From positions 32,001-96,000 of the forward strand of contig JAZAHK010000003.1 of assembly GCA_036231405.1 (NCBI GenBank): a stretch of 64,000 bases of DNA, in the 5' to 3' direction. How positions within the stretch are numbered: position 1 is the first letter of the stretch; each line of letters starts with the position of its first letter. Shown piece after piece: positions 1-9,931 of the stretch. Under the pieces are notes generated by a model. The model did not search any database. It saw only the letters and a list, made by a program, of their open reading frames with translations, and was not told the origin of the DNA. Origin of the DNA: Nitrospinota bacterium (GTDB taxonomy: Bacteria > UBA8248). A program made the translations under genes and the position numbers.

Positions 1-1
1 T

Positions 2-148
2 ACCCTACGCGATTTCAAGAAAGCAACATCCGATTTCGAGGACTCTATCGATATAGATCCAGTTGAAGAACATCACGACTCAGATATTACGGAAGAAAAA
101 AATGCCAATAAAAATCAAGAGGGCAATAACTCTAACCAAGAAAAATAA
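2..148 (+). CDS. C-terminal part of a TatA/TatB-family translocase subunit (5' truncated)
   Basis: Frame 2 reads TLRDFKKATSDFEDSIDIDPVEEHHD...QEK*: amphipathic R-x-FKKA helix plus acidic tail, directly upstream of tatC. Confidence 0.75.
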   Translation, partial: TLRDFKKATSDFEDSIDIDPVEEHHDSDITEEKNANKNQEGNNSNQEK

Positions 149-185
149 TTAAATCCATGATTTTCACAATCCTTTACACCTGAGA

Positions 186-932
186 ATGGAAATTAATCTA
201 TTGAGTGCAACTAGTCCGATGTCTTTGACAGAACATCTCGCTGAACTGCGAAACAGACTTATAATCATGATATCTGCAGTAGGAGTTTTCTTTTTGGGTT
301 CCTATTACTTTTCTCCGCAATTATTGGAGTTAATACAAAAGCCTATAGGAGACCAACAACTTGTGTTTTTATCCCCTACAGAAGCTTTCATATCTCACAT
401 TAAAGTATCGTTTTATTCTGGTTTATTTCTCAGTATACCTGTGATTCTTTTCCATATTTGGAAATTTTGTGCTCCTGGTCTTTTTAAAAAAGAAAAAAAA
501 TACTTAGCATCGTTTATCCTTATTTCATCATGTAGTTTCATTGTAGGAGCATTTTTTTGTTACCTCCTGATACTTCCTTACGGACTCAATTTTTTACTTA
601 GTTTTGCATCTGAAAATTTATCCGCACAAATATCAATTGCTTTTTATATTTCTTTTGTCTTCAAGTTAATTCTTATATTCGGCCTTGTTTTTCAAGTTCC
701 TCTTATTGTTATTCTTTTAGTAAAAATGGGAGTTCTTTCCGCAAAGTCGTTAGCAAATAACAGAGGATATGTCTTCGTAGGGTCTTTTGCTGCCTCGGCA
801 ATTCTGACTCCACCCGACGTAGTTACTCAAATTTTCCTTGCCCTCCCACTAATAGTTTTGTTTGAGATAAGTATAATTGGGGCAAAATTTATCGACAGAT
901 CAAAAGAAATAGAAAAGGACAATGATGAATAA
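186..932 (+). CDS. tatC: Twin-arginine translocase subunit TatC
   Basis: MSLTEHLAELRNRL, SPTEAF, APGL..KEK and ILTPPD motifs; about 6 TM helices. Confidence 0.97.
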   Translation: MEINLLSATSPMSLTEHLAELRNRLIIMISAVGVFFLGSYYFSPQLLELIQKPIGDQQLVFLSPTEAFISHIKVSFYSGLFLSIPVILFHIWKFCAPGLFKKEKKYLASFILISSCSFIVGAFFCYLLILPYGLNFLLSFASENLSAQISIAFYISFVFKLILIFGLVFQVPLIVILLVKMGVLSAKSLANNRGYVFVGSFAASAILTPPDVVTQIFLALPLIVLFEISIIGAKFIDRSKEIEKDNDE

Positions 933-1629
933 ATTAGATTCAAAACAAAGAATTATATGTGCACTAGATTTTGAAAACATGGATCTTGCGGTCAATTTAA
1001 TAGAAAAAATCGAGGCATACATACAATGGTATAAAATTGGGATGGAACTTTTCACTAAGGAAGGACCCTCTGCCGTTGAGACTGTTACCAAGAGAGGCTC
1101 TTCCGTATTTTTAGATTTAAAATATCATGATATTCCCGCGACAGTTGAAAAAGCTATTATGTCTGCCGCCAATCTCGGAGTTTCTCTCTTGACCGTTCAT
1201 GCTTGCGGAGGAGAAGAAATGCTTGAAGCCTGTTCCCGCGCAAGAGACAGAATCAAAAATGCACCTGCAATTCTAGCTGTAACAGTTTTAACGAGTCTAG
1301 ATAGAGGAGACTTGAGGAAAATAGGAATTCAATCTTCCCCTGAAGATCAGGTGCTAAGGATGGGACAACTAGCTAAAGAGGCTGGTTTAGACGGAGTAGT
1401 AGCTTCTCCCATGGAAGTAGCATCGCTAAGAAAGGAACTTGGAGAAGAGATGCTAATAGTTACCCCTGGGGTACGTTTAGACTCAGAATCCCAAAACGAC
1501 CATGCAAGAGCTCATACACCCAGACACGCTATCGAAGATGGCGCGGACTATATTGTTGTGGGAAGACCCATTAGAAATGCGAAAAATCCTGCGGATATCG
1601 CGCAAAAATATATTTCATCAATTTCATAA
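922..1629 (+). CDS. pyrF: Orotidine-5'-phosphate decarboxylase
   Basis: FLDLKYHDIPATV, LIVTPGVR and YIVVGRPI motifs. Confidence 0.97.
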   Translation: MMNKLDSKQRIICALDFENMDLAVNLIEKIEAYIQWYKIGMELFTKEGPSAVETVTKRGSSVFLDLKYHDIPATVEKAIMSAANLGVSLLTVHACGGEEMLEACSRARDRIKNAPAILAVTVLTSLDRGDLRKIGIQSSPEDQVLRMGQLAKEAGLDGVVASPMEVASLRKELGEEMLIVTPGVRLDSESQNDHARAHTPRHAIEDGADYIVVGRPIRNAKNPADIAQKYISSIS

Positions 1630-1677
1630 GATTTATTTAATTTTTTTCTGAAAGTATATAGTGGTACATTCTTAGAA

Positions 1678-2574
1678 CTAGATTCCACCAAAACCAGTCC
1701 AAATCACGATATAATTTGAAATGATGGTAAAATAGTTAAAAAGCAAGAGAAATCCAATAAACATTAGCAAACAACTATTTATGAAATCGATATAAATCAA
1801 ATAACGCTTAAAATAACCGTAAAATTTCAGAAAAGAGGAAAGAATAACTCCACTAACAAGAAAAGTAGAACCCAAACCAAAACAATAAGAGATTAAAAGT
1901 AATAATCCACGCGAATAATTTTCTTGTACCGAAGAAAAAATAAGAATGCTACCTAGGATTGGACCGATGCAAGGTGTCCAGCCAGCCGAAAAAGTAATAC
2001 CGATTAAGAAACTGCCAGCAAATCCACTAGTTTTGTTTTTCACCGCAATTCTACCTTCTCTTCCTAAAAAAGAGGGTGCAAGACAAATTAATAAGTAGAG
2101 TAAAACGGATAAAATTAATCCTATGACCAGTTTAAAACCGGATAGAAAAAAGAAAATCGAAACTATAAGAATCGCAATACTAAATAGACATTTAGATAAC
2201 GACTTCAATCCTCTGAAAAAAATCTGAAATCCGAACAAAAAAGCTCTATCAAGTACATAAAGTCCAAATGTAAAAATTACAACTCCGCCAAATAGACGCA
2301 AAAAATCCTGAGAAGCGCTAAAAAATTGGCCAATAAATGAAAAACTGAGACCAACACTAATAAAAAATACGGAGAATCCAAGAACAAAAAAGATCGAATT
2401 TATAAAGATAAGACCACGAACCGAGTCCCGCCTCTTATCATCCGTTATTTCCTCATACGTCAAACCTGTCAAAAAGGACAAATAACTTGGGAAAAGAGGA
2501 AGAACACAAGGGGAAAGAAAGCTTAAAAATCCAGCCCAAAAAGCAAGTCCTACATTCATTGAATCTGCGGACAT
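1678..2574 (-). CDS. ccdA: Cytochrome c biogenesis protein CcdA with an internal hydrophobic insertion
   Basis: AGFLSFLSPCVLP and WTPCIGPILG cysteine motifs. Confidence 0.9.
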   Translation of the reverse strand: MSADSMNVGLAFWAGFLSFLSPCVLPLFPSYLSFLTGLTYEEITDDKRRDSVRGLIFINSIFFVLGFSVFFISVGLSFSFIGQFFSASQDFLRLFGGVVIFTFGLYVLDRAFLFGFQIFFRGLKSLSKCLFSIAILIVSIFFFLSGFKLVIGLILSVLLYLLICLAPSFLGREGRIAVKNKTSGFAGSFLIGITFSAGWTPCIGPILGSILIFSSVQENYSRGLLLLISYCFGLGSTFLVSGVILSSFLKFYGYFKRYLIYIDFINSCLLMFIGFLLLFNYFTIISNYIVIWTGFGGI

Positions 2575-2615
2575 GCAAGCCTCATAAAAAATTCAAAAGT
2601 CAATAAATAAAACTA

Positions 2616-3920
2616 TTAAGTTAAGAAGGGTTCTTTAATAGTGATTGTATCGTTTCTTTCTGGACCAGTTGAGATCAAAGAAACTGAAACGCCTAGAATC
2701 CTCTCAACATTATCAACATAAGAAAGAGCTAATTCAGGAAGTTCCTCTTTCACGTTTATCCCTGCGGTTCTTACCTTCCAGCCTGGGAATTCTTCAAAAA
2801 TCGGCCTACACCTTTCCAGAATCCCGGTTTCTGCAGGAAAAGATGTTATCTTTTCCCCATCTATCTCATATCCAACACAAATACGGATAGTTTCCTGGTT
2901 ATCAAGAACATCAAGTTTGGTAAGTGCAATAGTATCTATACCACAAACTTGAATACAGTGGCGTGCGGCAACTGCGTCCAGCCAACCACACCTTCTTGGT
3001 CTACCCGTAGTCGCTCCAAATTCTCCACCTTCAGCCCGAAGGAGCTCTGCTTCTGAACCAACCATTTCTGATGGGAAAGGACCTTGTCCTACCCTCGTAC
3101 AGTATGCCTTTACCACTCCTAATACGCTATCTATCTTAGAGTAAGAAATACCCAAACCATTCAAAGCACCTCCAACTCCCGTATTACTTGATGTAACAAA
3201 TGGATACGTTCCCATATCTACGTCTAACAGGATACCCTGTGCTCCTTCGAGAAGGATATTTTTCTTAGCTTGTAAAGAATTATAAATTTCAACATCTGTA
3301 TTACAAATATGATTCACAAAAACTTCCCTCACCTCTTCACAAATTGATAATATATAAGACTCATCGAAAGCCATTTTTTCTTCATCTGTTAAAGAAATTT
3401 CAAGGAGTAACTTTTTTTTAAGACTAATGCTTACTTTGATCCTATCCTTAAGAATCTGTTCCTCAAACAAATCTGCAACTCTAACACCAAGCCTTGCTGC
3501 CTTGTCAGAATAAGCAGGACCAATTCCTCTTCCAGTAGTCCCTATCCGATTTACTCCTAAGAGTTCTTCCATGTGAGAATCCATTACTTTATGGTAGGGA
3601 AGGATCAAGTGTGCTCTTTTCCCTATTAATAGGTTTTCGCCAACCTCAATACCAAGTTCCTTTAAACTTTTCATTTCGTTAATAAGTGACAGAGGATCGA
3701 TAACTGCACCAGAACCTATAATGCAAAGCACCTTCGGGTTTAAAATCCCAGTTGGAATCAAATGAAGTATGAACTCTTGACCTGACACATAAACTGTATG
3801 ACCCGCATTTGCCCCTCCTTGATATCTAGCTACTACATCAGACCTTTGCGCAAGCCAGTCTATAATTTTTCCTTTTCCTTCATCTCCCCATTGACCACCA
3901 ACAACTGTAAGAACACTCAT
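2616..3920 (-). CDS. purA: Adenylosuccinate synthetase
   Basis: GGQWGDEGKGK, GGANAGHT, EGAQG and TTGRPRRCGWLD motifs. Confidence 0.98.
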   Translation of the reverse strand: MSVLTVVGGQWGDEGKGKIIDWLAQRSDVVARYQGGANAGHTVYVSGQEFILHLIPTGILNPKVLCIIGSGAVIDPLSLINEMKSLKELGIEVGENLLIGKRAHLILPYHKVMDSHMEELLGVNRIGTTGRGIGPAYSDKAARLGVRVADLFEEQILKDRIKVSISLKKKLLLEISLTDEEKMAFDESYILSICEEVREVFVNHICNTDVEIYNSLQAKKNILLEGAQGILLDVDMGTYPFVTSSNTGVGGALNGLGISYSKIDSVLGVVKAYCTRVGQGPFPSEMVGSEAELLRAEGGEFGATTGRPRRCGWLDAVAARHCIQVCGIDTIALTKLDVLDNQETIRICVGYEIDGEKITSFPAETGILERCRPIFEEFPGWKVRTAGINVKEELPELALSYVDNVERILGVSVSLISTGPERNDTITIKEPFLT

Positions 3921-5203
3921 ATAATTCCCCCTTCTTTCAATCTATCGACAATCTCGTCTAAGGAGGAAACGATGACTTCAGTACCAGAAGAAGAAAGTAC
4001 CCGTATCTTCTTCGTCCTCAAACTCTTAGAATCTATTACTAGACAATAATCAAACTTGGATTTACGCGCAAAAGAAAGTGACTCTTGTAAATCTCTTCGA
4101 ATAATATCTCGGGCGGCCACATATCCAAGATCGCGCAACTGTCTGGAAATCTCGATACCGTTTTTTTTCGAGGAAGAAAAATCTATCACTAAAAAGCTTT
4201 TTTCCTTGATTTTATTTTTTGAATCACTAACTACATTCGAAAGGCTATCAAGGTCTATTGCAAAACCTGTCCCTAGATCATCTGTACCATAATTTTTAAG
4301 TAATCGATCATATCTCCCACCCCCGCATACAGGAAAACCAACTCCAGACACAAAACCTTCAAAAATCACTCCAGTATAATAATTGAAATCTCGAAAATCA
4401 GCGAGATCAAACACTATCTGTTCGGTCAGACCATACAAGTCGAGGATCGCGTATACTCTTCTTAACTCTTTGAGAGCCTTCCTAGACGTAGAATTATTCA
4501 CCATCTTATCAGCAACTTCCAGAACAGATGAATTTCCAAAAAGTCTAGCTAAATTTTTTAAAGCCTTCGCATCACTCTTCCCATTTCTTTTCCCTCTTAA
4601 AAGTTGCGCAAGGGAAGATTCATCTCTTCTGGAAATTGCGTCTGAAATTTTTAATTGATCTTCCTGTTTCAAGTCTAAAACGTCAAAAATTCCTGCGAGG
4701 AAACCACCATGACTCAGAGAAATTTTGTAATCCTTCACTCCTATTTTTCTAAGACACTCAACCGCAACGGCAATTACTTCCGCATCTGCTTCTAAAGACA
4801 CCAATCCAATAAGTTCTACTCCTGCTTGCAAAAATTCACGCTGATAGGTTCCTGAAACATTCATATATCGAAACACATTCGTAAGATAGGAAAGTCTTAG
4901 TGGTCTAGGGGCTCCTTCTAAAACCGTACCTGCTATACGGGCAATTTGAGGCGTAACATCAGATCTTAAAGACAGCAAATTTCCAGTCTCTAAATCTACG
5001 GTCTTAAAAACCTCAGAATCTCTACCATCAATTTCTATCTCAGGATTATAAAACTCAAAAGAAGGAGTTATAATCTCTTTAAAACCCCATAGAGAGAAAA
5101 TTCCTCTTATTTGTTCTTCAATTTCTCTCTTTTTCTTAACTTCTTCTCCTACAAAAACCTTAGACCCAGATGGAAGAATTTTTCTTTTAAGAATCGAATC
5201 CAT
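3917..5203 (-). CDS. hisZ: ATP phosphoribosyltransferase regulatory subunit
   Basis: HisRS-like motifs LRSDVTPQIAR, REFLQAGVELIG, YYTG and GGGRYD; adjacent to purA. Confidence 0.9.
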   Translation of the reverse strand: MDSILKRKILPSGSKVFVGEEVKKKREIEEQIRGIFSLWGFKEIITPSFEFYNPEIEIDGRDSEVFKTVDLETGNLLSLRSDVTPQIARIAGTVLEGAPRPLRLSYLTNVFRYMNVSGTYQREFLQAGVELIGLVSLEADAEVIAVAVECLRKIGVKDYKISLSHGGFLAGIFDVLDLKQEDQLKISDAISRRDESSLAQLLRGKRNGKSDAKALKNLARLFGNSSVLEVADKMVNNSTSRKALKELRRVYAILDLYGLTEQIVFDLADFRDFNYYTGVIFEGFVSGVGFPVCGGGRYDRLLKNYGTDDLGTGFAIDLDSLSNVVSDSKNKIKEKSFLVIDFSSSKKNGIEISRQLRDLGYVAARDIIRRDLQESLSFARKSKFDYCLVIDSKSLRTKKIRVLSSSGTEVIVSSLDEIVDRLKEGGII

Positions 5204-5236
5204 ATCGAGTTTCCTTTACTTAATCCAATTTTAATA

Positions 5237-6841
5237 CTAGAGAACAACTAATCTTGCATCTAAAAGACCGGGAATATTACGTACATCTTCCATTACATTC
5301 TCTGGAATTAGATCGTCTAAAGATAAGATCGCAACTGCCTTGTCATTTTTTTTCGTTCTACCAAGCTGCATTCCCGCAATATTGATCTGATGTTTCCCAA
5401 GGAGAGTCCCAATTGTTCCGATGGTTCCTGGTCGGTCTTCATTTGAAAAAACAAGCATGAAACCTTCCGGCTCAACATCAATGGAAAAGCTATCTATCGA
5501 AATGATTCTTGGACTCCCAAGGTTTGTAATTGTCCCTACTGCCGTACGCTCATTTTTATCCGTGACCAATCGGATTTCAATCATATCCTTATAAAGTTCA
5601 GAGGAATTTGTATGTGTCGTGATTATCTCTATACCACGCTCCTTGGCAAGTGTTGGTCCATTGACCAAATTGATTCTAGTATCTCCTAGAAAATGAGATA
5701 ACACTCCTTTAATTGCATTAGAGGAGAGTGCAGAGATTGGGATTTCAGAAGTTCCATGATGTATAATTTCCAACTTTCTCACTCCCCCATCTACTAGTTG
5801 AGCAAGAAAAGAACCTAAATTTTCTGATAAAAGCATATGTGGACCTATTCTTTCTAACTGTTCCGGTCCAAGTGCTGGGAGATTCACAGCATATTTCACT
5901 ACACCATCCTTTAGGTAATCTACCACCTGCTGAGCAACACTGATAGCTACATTTTCTTGCGCCTCTTCGGTCGAGGCACCTAAATGAGGAGTACAAACCA
6001 CTTCTGGTCGCTCTAACAAACTTCGATAGTGTTCCGGTGGAGGCTCTTCAGGAAAAACGTCCATAGCAACTCCAATAACTTTTCCCTCATCAATCGCTTT
6101 AGAGAGTGCCTCTTCATCAATCAAACCACCTCTTGCACAATTTACAATACGAATCCCATCCTTCATTTTCTCAAATTCTACGGAACCTAAAAGATTAGAA
6201 GTTTCATCTGTAGCAGGGACATGAAGCGTTAAATAATCACATCCTTTCAATACATCATCAAAAGAGACCAACTTCACGTCTCTTTCTAATGCTGCTTCCT
6301 CTGAAATATAGGGATCAAAAGCTATTACATCCATTCCAATACTTTTGGCTAACCTGGAAACATTGGAACCCACTCTACCAAGACCGATTACGCCCAATGT
6401 TTTAGATGCCAATTCGCTACCAACAAATTTAGATCTTTCCCAAAGACCTGATTTTAAAGAAAAAACTGCTTCCGGGATTCTACGTGCAAGAGAAAAAATA
6501 AGGCCCATAGTATGTTCTGCGGTAGTAACAACGTTTCCATCAGGAGCATTCACAACCAAAACACCTAGACGGCTCGCTGTATCTAAATCAATATTATCTA
6601 CACCTATACCAGCCCGTGCGACAATTTTCAGTTGTTTCCCTGTTTCTAAAAGCTCTTTATCTGCTTTCGTTCCACTTCTTACAATTAAAGCATCAAAATT
6701 CTCTATTTTTGATAAAAGGTCATCTCTGCTCAATTTGGGCTCGTTTGATACTTCGAATCCTTCACTACTGGAAAGAATCTCTTCAGCACGAATAGACATG
6801 GATTCAGAAATCAAAACCCTAGCAATAATATTAGAATTCAT
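5237..6841 (-). CDS. serA: D-3-phosphoglycerate dehydrogenase with ASB/ACT domains
   Basis: RAGIGVDNID, GLGRVG, NCARGG, TPHLGAST and C-terminal NEDRPG ACT motif. Confidence 0.96.
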   Translation of the reverse strand: MNSNIIARVLISESMSIRAEEILSSSEGFEVSNEPKLSRDDLLSKIENFDALIVRSGTKADKELLETGKQLKIVARAGIGVDNIDLDTASRLGVLVVNAPDGNVVTTAEHTMGLIFSLARRIPEAVFSLKSGLWERSKFVGSELASKTLGVIGLGRVGSNVSRLAKSIGMDVIAFDPYISEEAALERDVKLVSFDDVLKGCDYLTLHVPATDETSNLLGSVEFEKMKDGIRIVNCARGGLIDEEALSKAIDEGKVIGVAMDVFPEEPPPEHYRSLLERPEVVCTPHLGASTEEAQENVAISVAQQVVDYLKDGVVKYAVNLPALGPEQLERIGPHMLLSENLGSFLAQLVDGGVRKLEIIHHGTSEIPISALSSNAIKGVLSHFLGDTRINLVNGPTLAKERGIEIITTHTNSSELYKDMIEIRLVTDKNERTAVGTITNLGSPRIISIDSFSIDVEPEGFMLVFSNEDRPGTIGTIGTLLGKHQINIAGMQLGRTKKNDKAVAILSLDDLIPENVMEDVRNIPGLLDARLVVL

Positions 6842-7977
6842 TAGAGTAAACTCCTCTGTGCGGCAGCAATTCCAACAGATTCAACAAATTGACAACCCAA
6901 CTCTAAAAGGGTTTTTTCTAAAGCGCTAATAGCCACTAATATATCTGCTCCATCAACATACCCTAAATGCCCAATACGAAAGATTTTATCACTTAATTCT
7001 CCCTGTCCCCCAGCAATCGTCACTCCATAACTGGCCTGCATCTTTTTGGGGATATCTTTTCCGCTGACACCCTCAGGTACTTCCACTGCAGTCAAACATT
7101 CTGCAATCAAATCCTTTGTAAAAATATTTAATCCCATCGCCTGTATAGCTTCTCTAGTAGACTTTGAAAGTATCGCGTGTCTCTTATATATATTTTCAAG
7201 ACCTTCTTCCCGCATCATTAAAAGAGCTGATTTTAATCCCATTATTAATGAAATAGCAGGAGTCCATGCCGTAGTGTTTTTTTTCTGACTTTTTCTTTCA
7301 ATTTGCAAATCAAAATAATACGAAGGACAATTTGATTGCTCCGTTCTGTTCCATGCTTTTTTACTTAACCATACAAAAGCTAGGCCAGGCGGAAGCATCA
7401 AAGCCTTCTGACTACCCGTGATCACTGCATCCAATTCCCAATTTTCTGGTTGTACGTCATATACCCCTAATGCGGTAATAGCATCCACAACGAGTAAAGT
7501 ATCAGGGGATACCTTTTTCACAGCGTTTGATACTGCTTCAATATCGTGCTTGGACCCGGTAGAGGTTTCACTTGCCTGAATCAAAACTGCAGTATGTTTC
7601 TCCTCTAAAAGTCGCGCTTCTAGATCATTTATATTTACAGAGTGCCCAGGAACTACAGATAGTACATCTGGAACTACTCCATATGCCTGACAGATTTCTG
7701 TCCACCTTTCTCCAAATTTACCGCCTTCCACGACTAATGCTTTTTCACCCACTGAAAGAAGGTTCGAAACACACGCTTCCATCCCACCTGTTCCAGAAGA
7801 AGCCAATGTAATAACGTCGCTTTGCACCTGATACAGCCATTCCAAGCCAGAACGAATTTCTGCAAAATGTGACTCAAACTCACTTGTTCTATGATGAAAA
7901 AGTGGTTTTGCCATAGCTTCGAGAACTGGCTGTGGTACAGGGGTAGGTCCGGGTGCTAGCAAATGATTTTTCTTCAT
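6841..7977 (-). CDS. Class V PLP aminotransferase (alanine-glyoxylate/serine-pyruvate family); probable start MKKNHLL at 7977
   Basis: PGPTPVP, VDAIT, GSQKALMLPPGL (PLP lysine) and FRIGHLG; stop codon overlaps the serA start. Confidence 0.9.
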   Translation of the reverse strand: MKKNHLLAPGPTPVPQPVLEAMAKPLFHHRTSEFESHFAEIRSGLEWLYQVQSDVITLASSGTGGMEACVSNLLSVGEKALVVEGGKFGERWTEICQAYGVVPDVLSVVPGHSVNINDLEARLLEEKHTAVLIQASETSTGSKHDIEAVSNAVKKVSPDTLLVVDAITALGVYDVQPENWELDAVITGSQKALMLPPGLAFVWLSKKAWNRTEQSNCPSYYFDLQIERKSQKKNTTAWTPAISLIMGLKSALLMMREEGLENIYKRHAILSKSTREAIQAMGLNIFTKDLIAECLTAVEVPEGVSGKDIPKKMQASYGVTIAGGQGELSDKIFRIGHLGYVDGADILVAISALEKTLLELGCQFVESVGIAAAQRSLL

Positions 7978-8108
7978 ATTCTTTCCCATTATAGCGATAA
8001 ATTTAAAAAATATTCTAGTGCAAAACCGGAAGAGGATATCAGCCCTTGAAAGTTCAATCAAGACCTATTTGAATGTATTCAAAGGAAACATCAAGAAGAC
8101 TATTGGAT

Positions 8109-8147
8109 AAAAAAACCGGGAGAGCATCAATCCCACTCTCCCGGTTT
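8109..8147 (-). terminator. Intrinsic terminator of the porin gene
   Basis: 12-bp stem AAACCGGGAGAG/CTCTCCCGGTTT followed by a T-run on the minus strand. Confidence 0.85.
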
Positions 8148-8207
8148 GGATTTCTACTACCAGCCTCTATCTGATTACTCAGATATCAGCTTATCATCAT
8201 TCTAAGT

Positions 8208-9563
8208 TTAGAATGAATGACGGATTTCAAAGTACCAACACCATGTGTCATCTAAATCAGTTGTTGCAGATGTTGATTTACCATAATCACCAACAGACAG
8301 GTATGCATAAGATACTTGTGCCCATAGGGATTTATAGAACTTATATTTCAAAGAAGCATCAACTTCTGTACCGATATTTGTGTCAGACACATATTGTGTT
8401 CCACCAGAAATATCCTGTGCAGATTCTGAAGAATGGATGCTTGAAATGTTACCTTTGAAAGAAAGTTTTTTGCTTATTGGATGGCTAACGATAATTTCCA
8501 TTACCCTTAGACCGTTACCACTTGTTCCACCGTTACCACTACCGGAACGAGTTTCATTACCCGCACCAATATTAAATGTGCTGTAACGTTTACGGGAAAT
8601 GATCTGTGGGTTATCAAACCAACCTATTCCATCATTGTTAGGAGTTGAGAAACGGCTCAACTCAGTACTGCCACTTTGCTGTGCTGTAACACCGTGTGTC
8701 TGTGAAGCAGCTAGGCCGTCACTATCACCAGTTGTGCTTACTGCACGGAAAGTCACTTTCGATTTACCAACTTTAGTTGTAGCACTTACGTGAATCATTG
8801 ATGCTTGAATATCAATATCATTCACTGTTGCACTACTTGATGGATAATCGATTTCACCTTCTTGATAACTTGCATCTAACTTAATGCTGAACATACCAAC
8901 CTTAGTTTTTGCGTTAAGGCCCCACCATCTAATATCTCTATCAGGGGATGTAGTACCAGTACCACGGCCATCCGCTTCAACAGTTAGATGAGGAGTAAGA
9001 GTTAAACCAGCCACTTTTGTTGTGAAACCAATGTGGTGAACATCAGAATCATTTTTACCAGCAAAAGGACCACCAGAACCACCAGCAGCACCTTCAGCCA
9101 TTTTAACAGTCCATGCTGTCATTTTCATGCCAGCCATTTTACCACTTACTTCCCAACCCTGGTTTCTGTTACGTCCACTGGATGTAACAACCATTTTTCC
9201 AGGTGTGTGATAATCATCACGACCAAATTGTACTTTTAATTTTGTTCCTGGTAGAGCAAACTGAACATAGTGTCTGTTTACTTTAGGTGCTGCTTTTGCA
9301 CCAGTCCAACCAGAGGCACCTAAATCAAATTCGTATACAGCCTTTATTTTTCCGCCTTCAGATATAGCAGTAAAGCGAGGACGCATTAACGTATCTGCTT
9401 TTTGGTTACCATCTTCACTTGTGTCGTCTCTATCTGCATTATCATAAGAAACACCACGGTACCTGAACAGACCAGAAAATTTAAAGCTTGCTGCAAAAAC
9501 TTCTGGCAATACAAGACCAACTGCCAATATCGCAACTGCTAAAGTTAATAAAAATTTCCGCAT
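8208..9563 (-). CDS. Outer-membrane beta-barrel porin
   Basis: Signal peptide ending VFA, alternating beta-strand pattern, IGTEVDASLKY-type penultimate strands, C-terminal Phe. Confidence 0.8.
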   Translation of the reverse strand: MRKFLLTLAVAILAVGLVLPEVFAASFKFSGLFRYRGVSYDNADRDDTSEDGNQKADTLMRPRFTAISEGGKIKAVYEFDLGASGWTGAKAAPKVNRHYVQFALPGTKLKVQFGRDDYHTPGKMVVTSSGRNRNQGWEVSGKMAGMKMTAWTVKMAEGAAGGSGGPFAGKNDSDVHHIGFTTKVAGLTLTPHLTVEADGRGTGTTSPDRDIRWWGLNAKTKVGMFSIKLDASYQEGEIDYPSSSATVNDIDIQASMIHVSATTKVGKSKVTFRAVSTTGDSDGLAASQTHGVTAQQSGSTELSRFSTPNNDGIGWFDNPQIISRKRYSTFNIGAGNETRSGSGNGGTSGNGLRVMEIIVSHPISKKLSFKGNISSIHSSESAQDISGGTQYVSDTNIGTEVDASLKYKFYKSLWAQVSYAYLSVGDYGKSTSATTDLDDTWCWYFEIRHSF

Positions 9564-9782
9564 TACTTTCTCCTAATATTTAAGCTTAAATACTACTAAA
9601 TAAGTTAAAAAACTGTGTTACAAAAACGTTTGTTACATACCACTACCTACACAGTGTCCTCTTATAGGCACCTCCTCTTAGGCGGTATAAAAAAAACAAT
9701 CGAAATCGCACGCACACACCAAACCGTACGTGCAAACTAATATACACTTACTGTTCAATAAAAAAACTTGCAACTTCCATGT

Positions 9783-9811
9783 ATACTAAAAAAATTAATT
9801 TCCCCAGTCAA
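9783..9811 (-). promoter_or_regulatory. Sigma70-type promoter of the porin gene
   Basis: TTGACT-N17-TAGTAT on the minus strand, implying a leader of about 210 nt. Confidence 0.6.
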
Positions 9812-9931
9812 CATATTTAACATGTAATATAAGTTAATAATATAAATAATGAAACTAATAATGCAAATTATAAAATTTCGTCTAGAACAAATTGAATTTA
9901 TAGAATAATCATTAAATCTATTAGATAGACC

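Noticed and set aside
9816-9841. dif site
   Set aside because: Only a partial resemblance to the XerD arm, in very AT-rich promoter DNA
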